A stretch of 61,463 bases of DNA, counting the filler, from Pirum gemmata (taxonomy: Eukaryota): assembly GCA_002812295.1 (NCBI GenBank). It is 13 parts of 13 records of this genome, joined end to end, with 100 filler letters (N's around TTAATTAATTAA, not from the genome) between each part and the next. Parts side by side here need not be neighbours in the genome. Positions count along the whole stretch, not along the records: positions 1 to 4,515 come from PDIN01001074.1; positions 4,616 to 9,158 come from PDIN01001075.1; positions 9,259 to 13,823 come from PDIN01001076.1; 10 more parts are not named here. One strand, given 5' to 3'. The notes below the pieces were generated by a model. That model saw only the letters and a list, made by a program, of their open reading frames with translations. It was not told where the DNA came from and ran no database searches. The position numbers were made by a program, and so were the translations under genes. Below, piece by piece: positions 1-12,722 of this stretch (positions are counted from its first letter, which is position 1; every line of letters begins with the position of its first letter).

Positions 1-1768
1 ATAATAATAATAACAATAATAACAATAATAAATACTATATAATAATAAGTAATAATAATAATATTAATATTATTAAAATAATAATAATAATAAGGTAGTG
101 AACAATTTTCGGCAAAGTGTCAATTGTTGCACTTTTGCCATCTGAAAATTTTCATTGACCATATTTGGATTTTTTTCCTTTTTTTAAAATCAATTTTTTA
201 AAATCAATTTTTATTGGTTATAAATAAGATAAGATCTTTTTGAAAAGAATTCTTTATTTTCATTGACTGCGAAAAATATGCGCATTTTTTAAACAAAAGT
301 TTTTTTTAGTAGTCTGCATTAGTCTGCGCACTTTTAGATAGTTAAAAAACCTTGGTATATCAAATTATCAATTATTTTTTTTCTATTATGCATACCATAA
401 AAAAAAATCAATTATTTTTTTTCTATTTAATATCATATGTATACCATAAAAAAAAAAAAATTCTAGATAAAACTATCGAATTTGGAATCTACATTTACAT
501 AATTCAATAAACTATTTTATTTACAATATGTTATTAATTTATTTTGAGTTCTGGGACACGAATTTTTATTATTATTATTATTATTATTTTGAAGCTGTCG
601 CGAGCTTGTTAAGAAATTGAATTTCAGGAAAGTTAAGGAAACAGTTTCAATTAATAAAAAGGGAACCGAGCAAGAAAAAAAAATTGCTTGTTCACAAAAA
701 AAATCGACCTAGACTACTGACCTAACTAGGCTACTCTCTTTCCGCAGTAAAACCCATGGAGTATTACCTGAATTTACCTCCAGTGAAAAATTCTAAATTT
801 TCTTACATAAAAAAAAAAAAATAAAAAAAAAAGCGAGAAGCTTTTTTTATGCTCATTATTAGTAAATCATGATTTTTTTTTTCTCATTAAGGATAACGAG
901 TAGCAAAACCAATGAAAAACAAGAAAGATTTTCATATTTTAATTTTTTAATTTTTTTTAAAATTTATTTTTTAAAAAAAAAAATAGATAAGCCAAAACTC
1001 CAGAAGGCCAAAAATTTTAGTCTAATTGAATGGTAAAAATGAAAATAACAAAGGTTGCGCAATAATAAGACAGATAATAAAAATGACAAAATGATTTTGC
1101 TATTGAGTAAAGTGCATTACCTACTCATCAAGGGACTAATCATTAAAATTGATTAAGTATTTAAAAAGCTATGATTTAATAACAACTAATGCTAATTTGT
1201 AGCTTAAGTTAATAAAAAAATATGGTTTTTTATAGATAAAATAAACCAGGCATGGGAGTGGTGTGGTTGTAATGACCATGCCTGAAACACGAAACATCAT
1301 AAAAAGGCCAATTTGTGCCTGCAGACTATACTTTTGCATGACTTTTACCTATTTTTGCAACTTTTTTCACTCTATTTTCAAAGCATAAAGTTTTAAATTT
1401 GGAACAGGACTGGGTTTTAGTTTTTTTTTTGTTTTTTTTGTTTTTTTTGTGGTTCAACTCACCAAACAAAAAAATCAGTCTCGACCCAGTTCTCGATTTG
1501 AGATTTTTTCAGTTGGGACTGGGTTTCTCCAGCATTATTTTTCTAAGTCATTTTACATTATTTTAAATTTTCACTAATTAACTTATTCAATTAAGTATTC
1601 AATTGATGAAGTACAAAATAGAAACATTTCAATACATATTTTATATATGCATTTCAAACATCATCACAGGTCAATTTTGTTTAAATACCATTATTTTCTA
1701 TCCCAGTATCAAAGAAAAAAATTTCCGCTCTTTAATGGTTTTGTCCATTTTTCATTATTTTGGTATTA

Positions 1769-1805
<37 letters not shown>

Positions 1806-2061
1806 GGGTAATGAGTAGCAGAACCAATGAAAACTAAGAAAAACGCTTTTTTCAATCTAAAAAAAAATGCGCAGTTTGATATACTGGGAAGCTCGGCTCT
1901 TAAAATAAGTACTCTTGGGCATGAAGCATAATCTCTTAACTTCCACATCTATAATTGATAATAAAAGAAAATTATTTCCAGGGATTTAAGCCAAGTCATT
2001 TTTCTTTTATCATTTTTCAACCTTATAAAGAATTTCATATTGTTGTGTTTAAGATATAATA

Positions 2062-2457
2062 GGTGTTCGGTTTGTAGACCTTCACCTATTTCTCCCATTC
2101 TTGCGGGATTTGCAGAGATGGTTTTTTCGCGGCCCCGCTTGATAGCAGAAGGGAAGGTCTTGATAAAAAGGTGAAAAATCGAGGTCTACACTCAATTCTC
2201 ATTTTAACCTTTTTCAAAAAAATCCAATCCCATCTGGCTACAATCCCATCAAGACCTCTGTCAAAAAATATCTCAATTTCATTGGGCATTTTTTTTTTTC
2301 TGTAATTTTTTTTCGAACCTTACTAAAAACTTACATTTGACTTACTAATTTGTAAAAAAACAAAATACGTCAATTTTGCGTAATTTTTTTGTAACATTTT
2401 CCCTCTCCGAATCTGTAGGTAATTTAAAAAAAGCTGAAGGTCTACAAACCGAACACC
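2062..2457. mobile_element. MITE-like element, about 400 bp, with perfect 23-bp terminal inverted repeats
   Basis: GGTGTTCGGTTTGTAGACCTTCA (2062-2084) is the exact reverse complement of TGAAGGTCTACAAACCGAACACC (2435-2457). The interior has no credible coding sequence. Flanks are TA/TAA-rich and the TSD is ambiguous. Confidence 0.75.
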
Positions 2458-3496
2458 CTAATATAGTTATCATAAGTCATAAATCCAAAGTTTTTTCCAT
2501 GCTCAAAAATAACATAATGCTTTTGGTCTACTATTTCAGTTTTGTAATAATCACGATATGTTTCATAATTTCGCTGTTGTTGCTGATTTTTAACTGATTT
2601 TTCCTATGATATGATATATGTATATATATCGATGTATTGCTTGGTACTCCACGCTCTCTCTCCACTCCAGGTTACTACCAGAACATCTAGTAATGGCGGT
2701 TAAAATTCAAAACTGTTTTCAATCAAGATTTTCCTATTATATATATATATATATATATATATAGTGTATGTGTGTGTTTGATCCAGTTCTGCAATGATAA
2801 GTGTAGCTAGAGGGTAGACTCGGAAAATTCTCCCCTAATTTTTTTTTGTTTTTTATATGATATATGATAAAAAATTAGTCCTCAATTTTTGAAATGAAAA
2901 ACCTTTTGGACAGTTGAACTCTAAAATTAGTACCTGGAGTCTTATATTTCAAAACTGAACAGTATTTTCAATCAAGAATTTTCTAGTAGCTTTTTCAAGT
3001 ATTTTTGAGTATTGGTTAGATTTTGGAGCCTCTTTGACCATTTTCTAGTTTTTCTAGTGTTTTGACTATACCTATCTAATCATATTCATAGAAAAAAAAA
3101 AAAAAAAAAACCAGATATCAGTTTCAAGGTTTCAGAGCTATTTTCTTTCTAGCTTTTCTAACCTTTTGACTTTTCCAGAAACTTTTCCTTTAAATATACA
3201 GTAACTTCAGTATTTAAAAGTGTATAAATCTAATTTTGTGTCTGTATATATAATTATTAGATATAGCTTGATTATTAGTTAACCATGAAGTGAACTAATA
3301 TTCACCAATTGTAGCTAAGCAACTTAAAAACACGTTCTTTTTGATTAGCTTACTAAGATTCCAGTAGTTTCCCTTATTTCTTCTTTGCTATTCACCATCG
3401 TCATGTTTGCAACGGTTTATTTCAATACAGGTTAATTAGATGATTAGTTTAACTGGAGTATTATTATTATTACTATTATATTGACAACTACAGAGT

Positions 3497-3530
<34 letters not shown>

Positions 3531-3626
3531 ATCGGTCCTTTTCCCCTGCGTTTTTCCCTGCTCTCGTTCCCTACCATCAGTGACACTGATGTGGCTAGCT
3601 TTTTGAGAGAAAGACGGTTTTTGCTA

Positions 3627-3848
3627 AGCCTCTCCCAATTCTGCTCGAGCCCGAAAACTCGAATTTCTGCTGTCGAAAAAAAAGACGAAATTCAGCCCTG
3701 TTCGAAAATCATTTTTCCAATTTTTCGGGTTTATAAATAAATAAATATACTTGAATACTTAACTGTTAGGTTAGAATTTTCGAACTTATTTAATTAATAC
3801 ATAGGCTCAAAAAACTCGATTTTTTAAATTAAGAATTGGGAGAAGGCT
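3627..3848. mobile_element. Small TIR element (about 220 bp) with a possible degenerate 11-bp target duplication
   Basis: AGCCTCTCCCAATTCT (3627-3642) pairs with AGAATTGGGAGAAGGCT (3832-3848) with one indel. Flanks GGTTTTTGCTA (3616-3626) and GGTTCTTGCAA (3849-3859) match at 9 of 11 positions. Confidence 0.5.
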
Positions 3849-4255
3849 GGTTCTTGCAAACGCCTCATTGTTTTGACAACTGCAGAGTCGATCTATTGGC
3901 CAATTAAATGATTAATGGAACTTTCATTGATTACGTGTTCCGACTTCGGATTATTTCTTACCCCCCCCCACACACACACACACCTCCCTAAAAATAGTCT
4001 ACTAGATACTAGTTACTAGCTAGACTATCAGTCAATATATATATGTATAGAGAGAGAGTAATTAATGAACGCTCTCTAACTTAACTGAAGTGTTATTATT
4101 ATTACTACTATTTTGATACCTACAGAGTCGATCTATTGGACCATAACAAATGCTTAGTTTAAAAACCTGAATATTAAATATTATTACTATTTTTTTTTTG
4201 TTTAATTAAAAAAAAAAAACTAAGTTTTTTGAAACGCTCTTTTTGACAAGCTTAC

Positions 4256-4456
4256 TAATGCTTCAGCAGTTTCCCCTATTTCTTCTTTATGTATGGCGTC
4301 ATAATATTCCCCAATCGTCATCGTTGTGTATTCAACTGTCTTTTTTAAAATAGGCCAATAATCTTGCAGTTTATTGATAACCTCTTTTAATACATCCGAG
4401 GAATGCTGGGCAGGTTTGCGTTTTAGAATACGTCCAGGAAAAGAATGAGGAGGGAC
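4256..4456 (-). CDS. Internal exon of an unidentified gene (67 codons)
   Basis: Bounded by ttaacag| and |gtaagc, 201 nt, open in phase 0: VPPHSFPGRILKRKPAQHSSDVLKEVINKLQDYWPILKKTVEYTTMTIGEYYDAIHKEEIGETAEAL. It is not in the ORF track and I recognise no family. Confidence 0.55.
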
Positions 4457-4515
4457 CTGTTAAATTAACAAACAATAAACAAAATAATCATATAAGTAAT
4501 AATAATAATAGTAAT

Positions 4516-4615
4516 NNNNNNNNNNNNNNNNNNNNNNNNNNNNNNNNNNNNNNNNNNNNTTAATTAATTAANNNNNNNNNNNNNNNNNNNNNNNNNNNNN
4601 NNNNNNNNNNNNNNN
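4516..4615. other. Artificial contig linker N44-TTAATTAATTAA-N44 (first of 12)
   Basis: The identical 100-nt linker recurs at 9159-9258, 13824-13923, 18501-18600, 23136-23235, 27728-27827, 32380-32479, 37657-37756, 42250-42349, 47545-47644, 52178-52277 and 56822-56921. TTAATTAATTAA gives stops in all six frames. The segments between linkers are mostly about 4.5 kb. Confidence 0.97.
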
Positions 4616-4676
4616 ATATTCAAATTCGAAGGTATAAGGGGACAAAAAGTTGCCCTAAATCTTATTTTAAAACTAA

Positions 4677-7600
4677 TTAAGCAAAAGTAACAACCCGATT
4701 ACTAGGCATTCTATTACGTACTAGCCTAGCTATGATACCTTCTGCAACAATTAGCTGGTATAAGAAAGCCAGTATTGTTGTTAAAATCAACAACCAATAC
4801 ACAAGAAAACGTTGTGAAAAACTCATAGCAGGAGAATAATTAGGGTACCCCATACTAACAGTAGTGTCCGTTTGGTAGTGTTCCCATATTGGATTTTCAG
4901 GGTTAGGACGATTAAATTGCTCGCTCATAACGTGTAAACTACGACTAAAACTATTTTCATTACCAAGTAATAATACACTCTGAATCGTAAATAAAGCAGC
5001 CAATACCAACATTAAGGGCCAATTTTTGAAGAAGTATTCACGATATTTGTAACCAATAGAAAACGTAAGTGCATTCGTTAAATAAGCTTGCATCATAGTA
5101 AAATATAAAGTGCTCGCTTCCCAGTTATCAGAAACGTACCACCATTGACTACCCTGTACTAAATTGGCTGGCCATTTTACGTACCCAGTCATAGCTTGAA
5201 TAACAAAAACAATAATAATGGTCATACCGAAATTAATAGTGGTAACACCAATAACTGAAACCATTGTAATTGGTCCCAATAAACTATGAGTTGGGCGTTT
5301 TTTAGTTAATTTCTTTTCTGGCAAAGACAATACCATGGTTGAACCAACAAAAAAGGTGGTAATCAAATCAATCATAATATAACCCATAATTGGCATCAAC
5401 ACTCCGAACCACAATAGAATCAATTTTGTCATAGACAATACTAGACCGTTACTAATTAAAAATTTGTACATACTAAACGATGTGTGTAAACAAGCACGCC
5501 CTTCTAATAATAAATCAACAATGGATTGAACGGATTTTGTTTTACTGGTAAATGGTGAAACCAACGATGCTTCAGCATCACTTAAAGCAACACCCACATG
5601 TGCAGCTCTTAACGCGCCACAATCATTACCACCATCACCACACATCCCAGTTACTAATCCAGCAGCTTTATGTTGCTCCACAGCGTGTACTTTACTTTCA
5701 GGTGACATTCGGGAAAAAATACGGATGAATGGTAGTAAAGATGTAACATAACCTTGGTCGAATAAGTAATAGTACGTGTTATTTCCTGTTATCGCCAATT
5801 CTAATTTCCCGGTTTCTAAAGTGTATGATTCTAAGAGTTGTTCTGTAGTAATAGACTCGTCGTTCTCAAATGTTCTACCCATGCGTTTCCACGCTACTTG
5901 TTGGGTTTTCTTGTTAGTTTCTGCCAAAAACATTTGGGTATCGTCATTTATTAGGTGAGCTTGCTTAGAAATGTAATAACCACATTGAGCGTTATCCCCT
6001 GTGATCATAACTACACACAAACAGAGTAAATAAATAAATAAATAATAAATAAATATAAAAGTAATGAATATAAAACGAATGAATCCGAAATTAATTTCGA
6101 AATAATAAATAATAGTAATAAATAGTAATAATAAATAATAATAGGTAAGAAAATTTTACCAGGTCTTACGTCCCCTTCTTTTAATTTTAAAATGGCTTGT
6201 GCGGTATCTTCTTTTAATTCGTTGCGGAAAACAATCAAACCTAATAGTTTTAAATCAGTTTCTACTTGATCACGAGAATAAGATTCAATTTCTTGATCAC
6301 TTAAAGGTCCCAAATTGGCATAAGAGATAGACAAAACATAGCCTAAAGTATGTTGATAGAATGAAAAAATTAATAATAATAATAAATGAAGTAAACAAAT
6401 ATAATAAATAGAGTGAAAATAATAACAATAAATCAAGTAAATAAATAAAGTAAACAAATATAATAAATAGAGTGAAAATAATAACAATAAATCAAGTAAA
6501 TAAATAAAACATAAATATAATAAATAAAACAAACAAATTAAATTAAATAAATAAAATAACACAAATTACCTCCATTCATAACATAAATATAATAAATAAA
6601 ACAAACAAATTAAATTAAATAAATAAAATAACACAAATTACCTCCATTCATAGCGTAATCCCTAGCAATTTCAGTATAATCCTCAGGTATTCCTTCAGGT
6701 TTACAAACAGTCTCAATTTTTTCAAAAGAACCTTTACAATATACAACAACGTTACCATTGGCTTCTCTAACCAATACGCTCATTAACTGTAATCCATGAT
6801 CAAATTCAAATCTACGTACAATATCGAGTCTTTCTCCGTCAGAGTTCTTTACATAGGGAAATTTAGACTCATCATGAACCAAATCCCAACCAGTGGCTTG
6901 AAACATTTTCATTTCTACCTGATTTCCAACGAATCCATCATTGAACGGTGCCAACGCATGGCAAGTCGCTAAACAGTGACGAGTTTTTTCATTTAAAGTT
7001 TTCGAGTTGGCATTTTGCTGCATTCCTTCTGCAGAAAACTGGCTGTTGTTTACGGCTTGTACACCTAAAAAGTCAAGGCCTTCTTTGGTTAGAGTACCGG
7101 TTTTATCAAAGCACATAACTCTAATTTTACCACTTATAGAAATTCGAAGCGGATTAATACAGAAAATTCCTTTTCCGTTTAAACGCTGTGCTGATCTCAC
7201 TGTACCAATAGTTAGAGCTACAGGTAATAGTGGATTCATGCACTGTACCATAGTACCACAACCAAACGCCCATTTTGTAATCCAGGAACTACTAGAACCA
7301 TTTAGAGATTGAAACCACATAGATAAGCCAAACATTAGGAAACCGTAAAGCATGAGCAAAGTCACAACAACAATAAGTTCCTCGTCATATTTGAACATCA
7401 TTTTAGAAGGAAAAAGAATTGAAGAGATTAATTCTCCTTTTGAAGTATTAATACCAGTTCCTGTGACTAAAGCAATAACTTGATCGTTTGCGCTGGTTCC
7501 TGCTTGTAAAACAATAGTACTAGCAAACAAGGTATTTTTTATACCACCACTGTTTGGATCGTAAATTTTTCCTCTTTCTTTGGAAAATGCAACTTTTTGC

Positions 7601-9012
7601 ACAGGCATAGATTCACCAGTTAAACCACTTTCGTTCATAACACACGACCCCTGTAACAAAACAAAATCACATGGTAAATGCCAATCACTTTTAATTATAA
7701 CAATATCTCCAGGAACCAAAAATTTAGAATCTAATTCAACCCATTTTCCATCTCTTTTCACTTGACACGTTGTGCTGTATTTTGTCAAAGCAGCAATTGT
7801 TTTTTCACCTCGATACTTTACCCAAACGTTCAAAAGGCCACTTATCACAACAATAATTGTATTAATAATAGCATACTGAATATAGGCGTTCCAAACTTGA
7901 ATTGAATACATTGCTGTTTGGTACAAGTAAAACCAGCCAGTAAATTCATCAGCCAACAAGGTAAAGATAGGGGTTACTTTGAAAGGAATTTCATTAAGAC
8001 CTACTTGATCAAGACGGATTTCTGCAGTGTAAGAATCCAATCCAACCATACAACTATGCAATTGATCACTAGTTTCACCAACATTGATACGACTTGTAAC
8101 GTATTTCCCCTGATCTTCATTGTATGCGTAACGTGTACCTTCATGAATAAAATATGGTGTGCCATCGTTTAAATGATGGACTACAACTGTAGTGTCATGA
8201 CCATCCATTTGGTCCCCAAACATTTCAACACCATACTTCATAACCCATTTGGTAATGACATAGCGGTCTATAACTACAACATCTTTTTCATCTTTGACCC
8301 AAACCCACATATACTCAGCGTCTACCAAGCTAGAGGAGGAACGGCACCAATTTCTGATTTTGTTTCGATTCCAAAGCCATGGTACAAACCAACAGAGCAT
8401 ACATACCCACCAAGTGAAGAAATAATAAGATCCGTTTTTGTAATTACCCCAAATTGGATAATTTCCATAAAAACATAGCTTATCCAAAGATTCCAATTGA
8501 CAGTCATGATAACAGTCGACAGCAACAATCAATAAAACACAAAACCACATCACGTTCATACTGCAAGCTAAGTAATACACTATTTCACCAAGAATATTAC
8601 GTCTGTACCCTTGCAATTTCATGGTTGTACCATGCTCGATACCGTCTACATTTAAGGAGGTTTCCTACATTACAAATAACAAATATATAAGAGATTTAGA
8701 ACAAGAACTTCAGCAGAGTTTTTTGGTTATAATATCAAAGTAACAAACTTTTAAAAAAATGAATATAAAATAAAATAGCGTGGTAGTAGTAAACAAAATG
8801 TTAATTTTTTATCTACGTGATAAATGAAAATAAAACATGCAACTCAATAAAAAACGAAACTGACCTCTTCACCAAGGGAAATCTTTTCATTGTTTATTTT
8901 CAGTTCTCCAACACATTTTGATTCTGTTTTTTTGCTGAGCGAGCTTTCGCTTTTTTCATTCAATTCCACGGTATTTTTGCCTTTCGCGATAAAGACTCTG
9001 GTAAAAATTTGT
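4677..9012 (-). CDS. P5-type (ATP13A-like) P-type ATPase, 5'-partial, spliced
   Basis: Exons 9012-8865, 8664-6642, 6342-6160 and 6010-4677, with GT-AG introns in consistent phase. Motifs: LVPGD, ESGLTGES (A domain), CFDKTGTLT (phosphorylation site), KGSFE, VMITGDN, CGDGGNDCGAL (P5-typical), ASLVSPFTS, EGRA, and a multi-TM C-terminus. Confidence 0.93.
6509..6652. repeat. 72-bp exact tandem duplication spanning an exon/intron junction of the P5 ATPase
   Basis: 6509-6580 equals 6581-6652. Each copy contains the donor context CACAAATTACCTCCATTCATA. Confidence 0.85.
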
Positions 9013-9587
9013 CTGTAAACAAAAAAAAGAAGCATCGAGCCAAATACCAGTCCTATTTAAACATAAATGAAAATAAGTAAGGTTAATTGAATACTTTACT
9101 AGGAGAAAATACAAATTGATAATAAATAAACAAATTCGAATTATATAATAATAATAATNNNNNNNNNNNNNNNNNNNNNNNNNNNNNNNNNNNNNNNNNN
9201 NNTTAATTAATTAANNNNNNNNNNNNNNNNNNNNNNNNNNNNNNNNNNNNNNNNNNNNTATTATCCATTTATTCATTTAGCAATGACAATTAAAAAATTA
9301 TAAACAACCAAATAAATATTCGGAGTGACAAAATAAATGAAAAGCGCTATACTAGCTGGCTAGTGAAAAAAAAAAAAAACTGTTACAGTCTTTAAAAAAT
9401 AAAATAAACTGGTAAAATATAGCTGATAAAAAAAATAAAAAAACCAAAAAAAAAAATCTCCTCAATTTCTCCTTCGAAAAAAAAATATATGGTATTATTA
9501 TCACTACAATCATATATAACTATAATATATGGTATTATTATCACTACAATCATATATAACTATAATTCATGATGTAATCATATATAA

Positions 9588-9721
9588 GGGAGCGTTCAAA
9601 TACTACGTAACGCCAATTTCCAGTCAAATACAGCTTCAAATACCCCTACCTACCTACTCCTTGACGTTAATTTCTGGTCAAATACCACCTACCTACCTAC
9701 CCCTTGACGTGACGTATTATT
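9588..9721 (+). mobile_element. MITE family B (about 145 bp, GGGAGCGTTCAAATAnTACGT ends, PIF/Harbinger-like), copy 1
   Basis: Starts after TAA and carries internal subrepeats TCAAATACC-CTACCTACCTAC-CCTTGACGT. Homologous copies lie at 12257-12403 (inverted), 32495-32599 (inverted) and 50211-50335, with a fragment at 50898-50950. Confidence 0.75.
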
Positions 9722-9879
9722 AGAAAATGGCGAACAATGTCGCTGTGCAAAGACTGTTTTTTTTCGTTACTCTACTACTAGCTAGCTAGAGGCTAGCTAG
9801 CTAGTAGCCAAACTAGCCTCTCCCAATAATAATAGGATAACTGAATTTTTTTTTTTTTTTTAAAAAATTATTTTTTTTA

Positions 9880-10075
9880 ACAGCCAAGCCGGATAAAACT
9901 GTAGAAATATTTTTTAAAAGGTAAGTTTAAAAGGTAACCAGCCAAATTATTTCTAACAACTGGCTATTGGTTCATAATAGAGTTTCTTTAGTTAGATTAT
10001 TTCTCCAATTTTGGTAGTACTTTTATTGAAATTGGTGCATTTTGAGATTTATTTTTTGGATTTTTGAGCTCGTAT
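9880..10075 (+). repeat. Dispersed repeat, about 200 bp, with an inverted homolog at about 53740-53920
   Basis: CCAAATTATTTCTAACAACTGGCTATTGGTTCATAATAGAGTTT...TTTGGTAGTACTTTTT aligns to the reverse complement of AAAAAGTACTACCAAATTT...CTCTATTATGAACCAATTGCTAG...ATAATTTGG on another contig. Confidence 0.6.
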
Positions 10076-10178
10076 TATGGCGGATGTTGCAATTTTTATT
10101 TCTCTAGGTCTAGTCTATGATGAATTTTGATGAAAAAAAAAAAAGTACATGATACAATTTACAAAAATATTAAGTATA

Positions 10179-10946
10179 ATACAACAATACAACAATACAA
10201 CAATACAACAATACAACAATACAAAAATACAACAATACAAAAATACAACAATACAACAATACATACAACAATACAACAATACAATAATACAACAATACAA
10301 CAATACAGCAATACAGCAATACAGCAATACAACAATACAACAATACAACAATATAACTATACAACTATACAACTATACAACTATACAACTATACAACTAT
10401 ACAACTATACAACAGTACAACAGAGGACCATATACAACTATACAACAATACAACTATACAACAGTACAACAGAGGACCATTCTTCAAAAGAAAACATTAA
10501 TTGACGAAAAAAAAAAACAATACTCCTACATATACAACAATACAACAATACAACAATACAACAATACAACAATACAACAATACAACAATACAACAATACA
10601 ACAATACAACAATACAACAATNNNNNNNNNNNNNNNNNNNNNNNNNNNNNNNNNNNNNNNNNNNNNNNNNNNNNNNNNNNNNNNNNNNNNNNNNNNNNNN
10701 NNNNNNNNNNNNNNNNNNNNNNNNNNNNNNNNNNNNNNNNNNNNNNNNNNNNNNNNNNNNNNNNNNNNNNNNNNNNNNNNNNNNNNNNNNNNNNNNNNNN
10801 NNNNNNNNNNNNNNNNNNNNNNNNNNNNNNNNNNNAATACAACAATACAACAATACAACAATACAACAATACAACAATACAACAATACAACAATACAACA
10901 ATACAACAATACAACAATACAACAATACAACAATACAACAATACAA
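10179..10946 (+). repeat. (TACAACAA)n octamer satellite with an internal assembly gap
   Basis: Long run of the 8-mer and its variants (TACAACTA, TACAGCAA). It produces the spurious QQYNNTTI / CCIVVLLY ORFs. The same satellite recurs at about 17736-17851, 18067-18124 and 18312-18495. Confidence 0.95.
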
Positions 10947-12256
10947 CGTTAACATTAAATTTTACTTATTATAATATTACAGATACAACGTTTTCAATGG
11001 CCAGTCTATTGCTTTCTGTGAAAAAGCGGCTTAGGAAAAAGCGAAATCGCCACCTGCTAATAAGCTAAATATGGTTATGACTTCTTATAAATTACAAATT
11101 CCCACAAAAGGGCTGCACCAAAGGATCAAAACGGAAAGGCTAGAAGCTAGCTACAGCTAGCTAGCAGCTGCTACTAGAGGGCAAAGGTAAAGGTCACAAA
11201 AGTACCACAAAAGAAAAGTAGACTAAGTTCACAAAACGAAAATTTCAGCTATGATAGTCAGTTGCTATCATAATAACTTGCTATGATAATATGATACTAA
11301 AAAGGCTAGCTAGCAATGGTGACTGCTGGTCTAGTTACTATCATACTAGTAGTAGTAGGGCTGGGCTGCTGCTGGTAGATTGTGGTTGTCTATCTAGACT
11401 ATCCTTTTACTTATTGATATGGATAGAAAACGTACAGTGTATCGATAAGCAGTATGTCATACCTTGGTTCTTACTATCATATGATAACTGAGTGAACCTT
11501 CCGACTCGAAGTTCTGAGAGTTTTTGAATCGATTTATAATAAACGAAGTTTTTCTAGCTACTCCTACTAGTAGCTACTAGCTAGCTAGTAGACTGTCTAC
11601 CAGCTAGTATGATAGCTAGTAGCAGACCTGTACACTATATGAGAGCTACTACTAGCTAGTAGAGTAAGAGGCATCTGACGGGCATTGAAAAGGTTGTTTG
11701 CCTCTTGTTGTTTGTCTGGTGAGGTTTGTTAGTGGTTTGTTTGTCTCTTCGACTTTCTTTTTGTTATTCTTCACTAGCTAGTCTAGCCCGAACGGTTTAT
11801 TGTTCCAACCACAGTGTTTGAAAGGTGCATTTGAAGTTTGAAAATTTGGGGAAAATTTCAATTTCTTTTGTTCAAGTTTTCGATGAATGGTTGAAAATCT
11901 GAAAATGCAAATCAAAAAACTTCACTTTTAAGCAATTTAGCTTTTTATTGGCTGATAGTCTACTTTATAATACTACCAAATATATCGAACATAAATTTTT
12001 TCACATTTTTGAGCATTTTTACCATTTTTCATTTCATTACTGTTTTTTTACTTCAAGACTCTAACTACAGCTACTACAGCACTACTAGCTAGCCTAGCTG
12101 GCTAGCTAGCTATGATATCTACTACTAGCTACGTATAGTAGTACATACTGCCATGAAACTTTTTTCTTTTTTCATAGAGCCTTTTTTTTTCATTCTACTC
12201 TATCCTATCACCTCTGTCACACTATCATAGTAGCTAGCTAGCTAGCTAGCTAGCTA

Positions 12257-12403
12257 GGGGGGGATTCAAATAATACGTCATGTCAAGAGGTAGGTAGGTA
12301 GGAGGTATTTGACCAGAAATTAACGTCGAGGGGTAGGTAGGTAGGGGTATTTGAAGCTGTATTTGACCGGAAATTGGCGTTACATAGTAATTGAACGCTC
12401 CCC
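12257..12403 (-). mobile_element. MITE family B, copy 2 (inverted, both ends present)
   Basis: GGGGGGGATTCAAATAATACGT...TAGTAATTGAACGCTCCCC is the reverse complement of the 9588 copy. The two ends are imperfect inverted repeats of each other. Confidence 0.75.
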
Positions 12404-12722
12404 TGAGGCTACTAGCTAGTAGCTAGCTAGTAGCTAATATGATATCATAGCTAGCTAGCTATAGCTAGCTAATTAGTAGCTACTGCAGCTAGCTACTCTG
12501 CCCTAGCCAGCTAGCAGACCATGCTATCACAGTTGTCCTCTCAATCTGTACTGCTTACGTGTATAATTGAACTTGTTTATAAAATACAAGATTAAGTATA
12601 ATATATTAAATTCATTAAAACATGCCTGATAGGTATGTTTATTTCAGTTTTTGAACTGGACAACACTATTGAAAAACAAGATCTACTAAATATTATAATA
12701 TCATACATCAGATACAGTCAGT

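Noticed and set aside
2086..2289. 67-aa ORF inside the 400-bp TIR element as a transposase
   Set aside because: It is too short and has no DDE or DNA-binding motif.
4560..4571. Regularly spaced TTAATTAATTAA motif as a biological element
   Set aside because: It is always centred in exactly 44+44 Ns, so it is an assembly linker.
7007..8690. Plus-strand ORFs overlapping the P5 ATPase, and similar shadows over the vWA, C2H2, GATA, GPCR and NRPS genes
   Set aside because: They are antisense or alternate-frame shadows of well-supported genes and carry no motifs.
10115..10974. ORFs with QQYNNTTI / CCIVVLLY repeats (also 17709-18495)
   Set aside because: These are translations of the TACAACAA satellite, which is open in most frames and spans an N gap.
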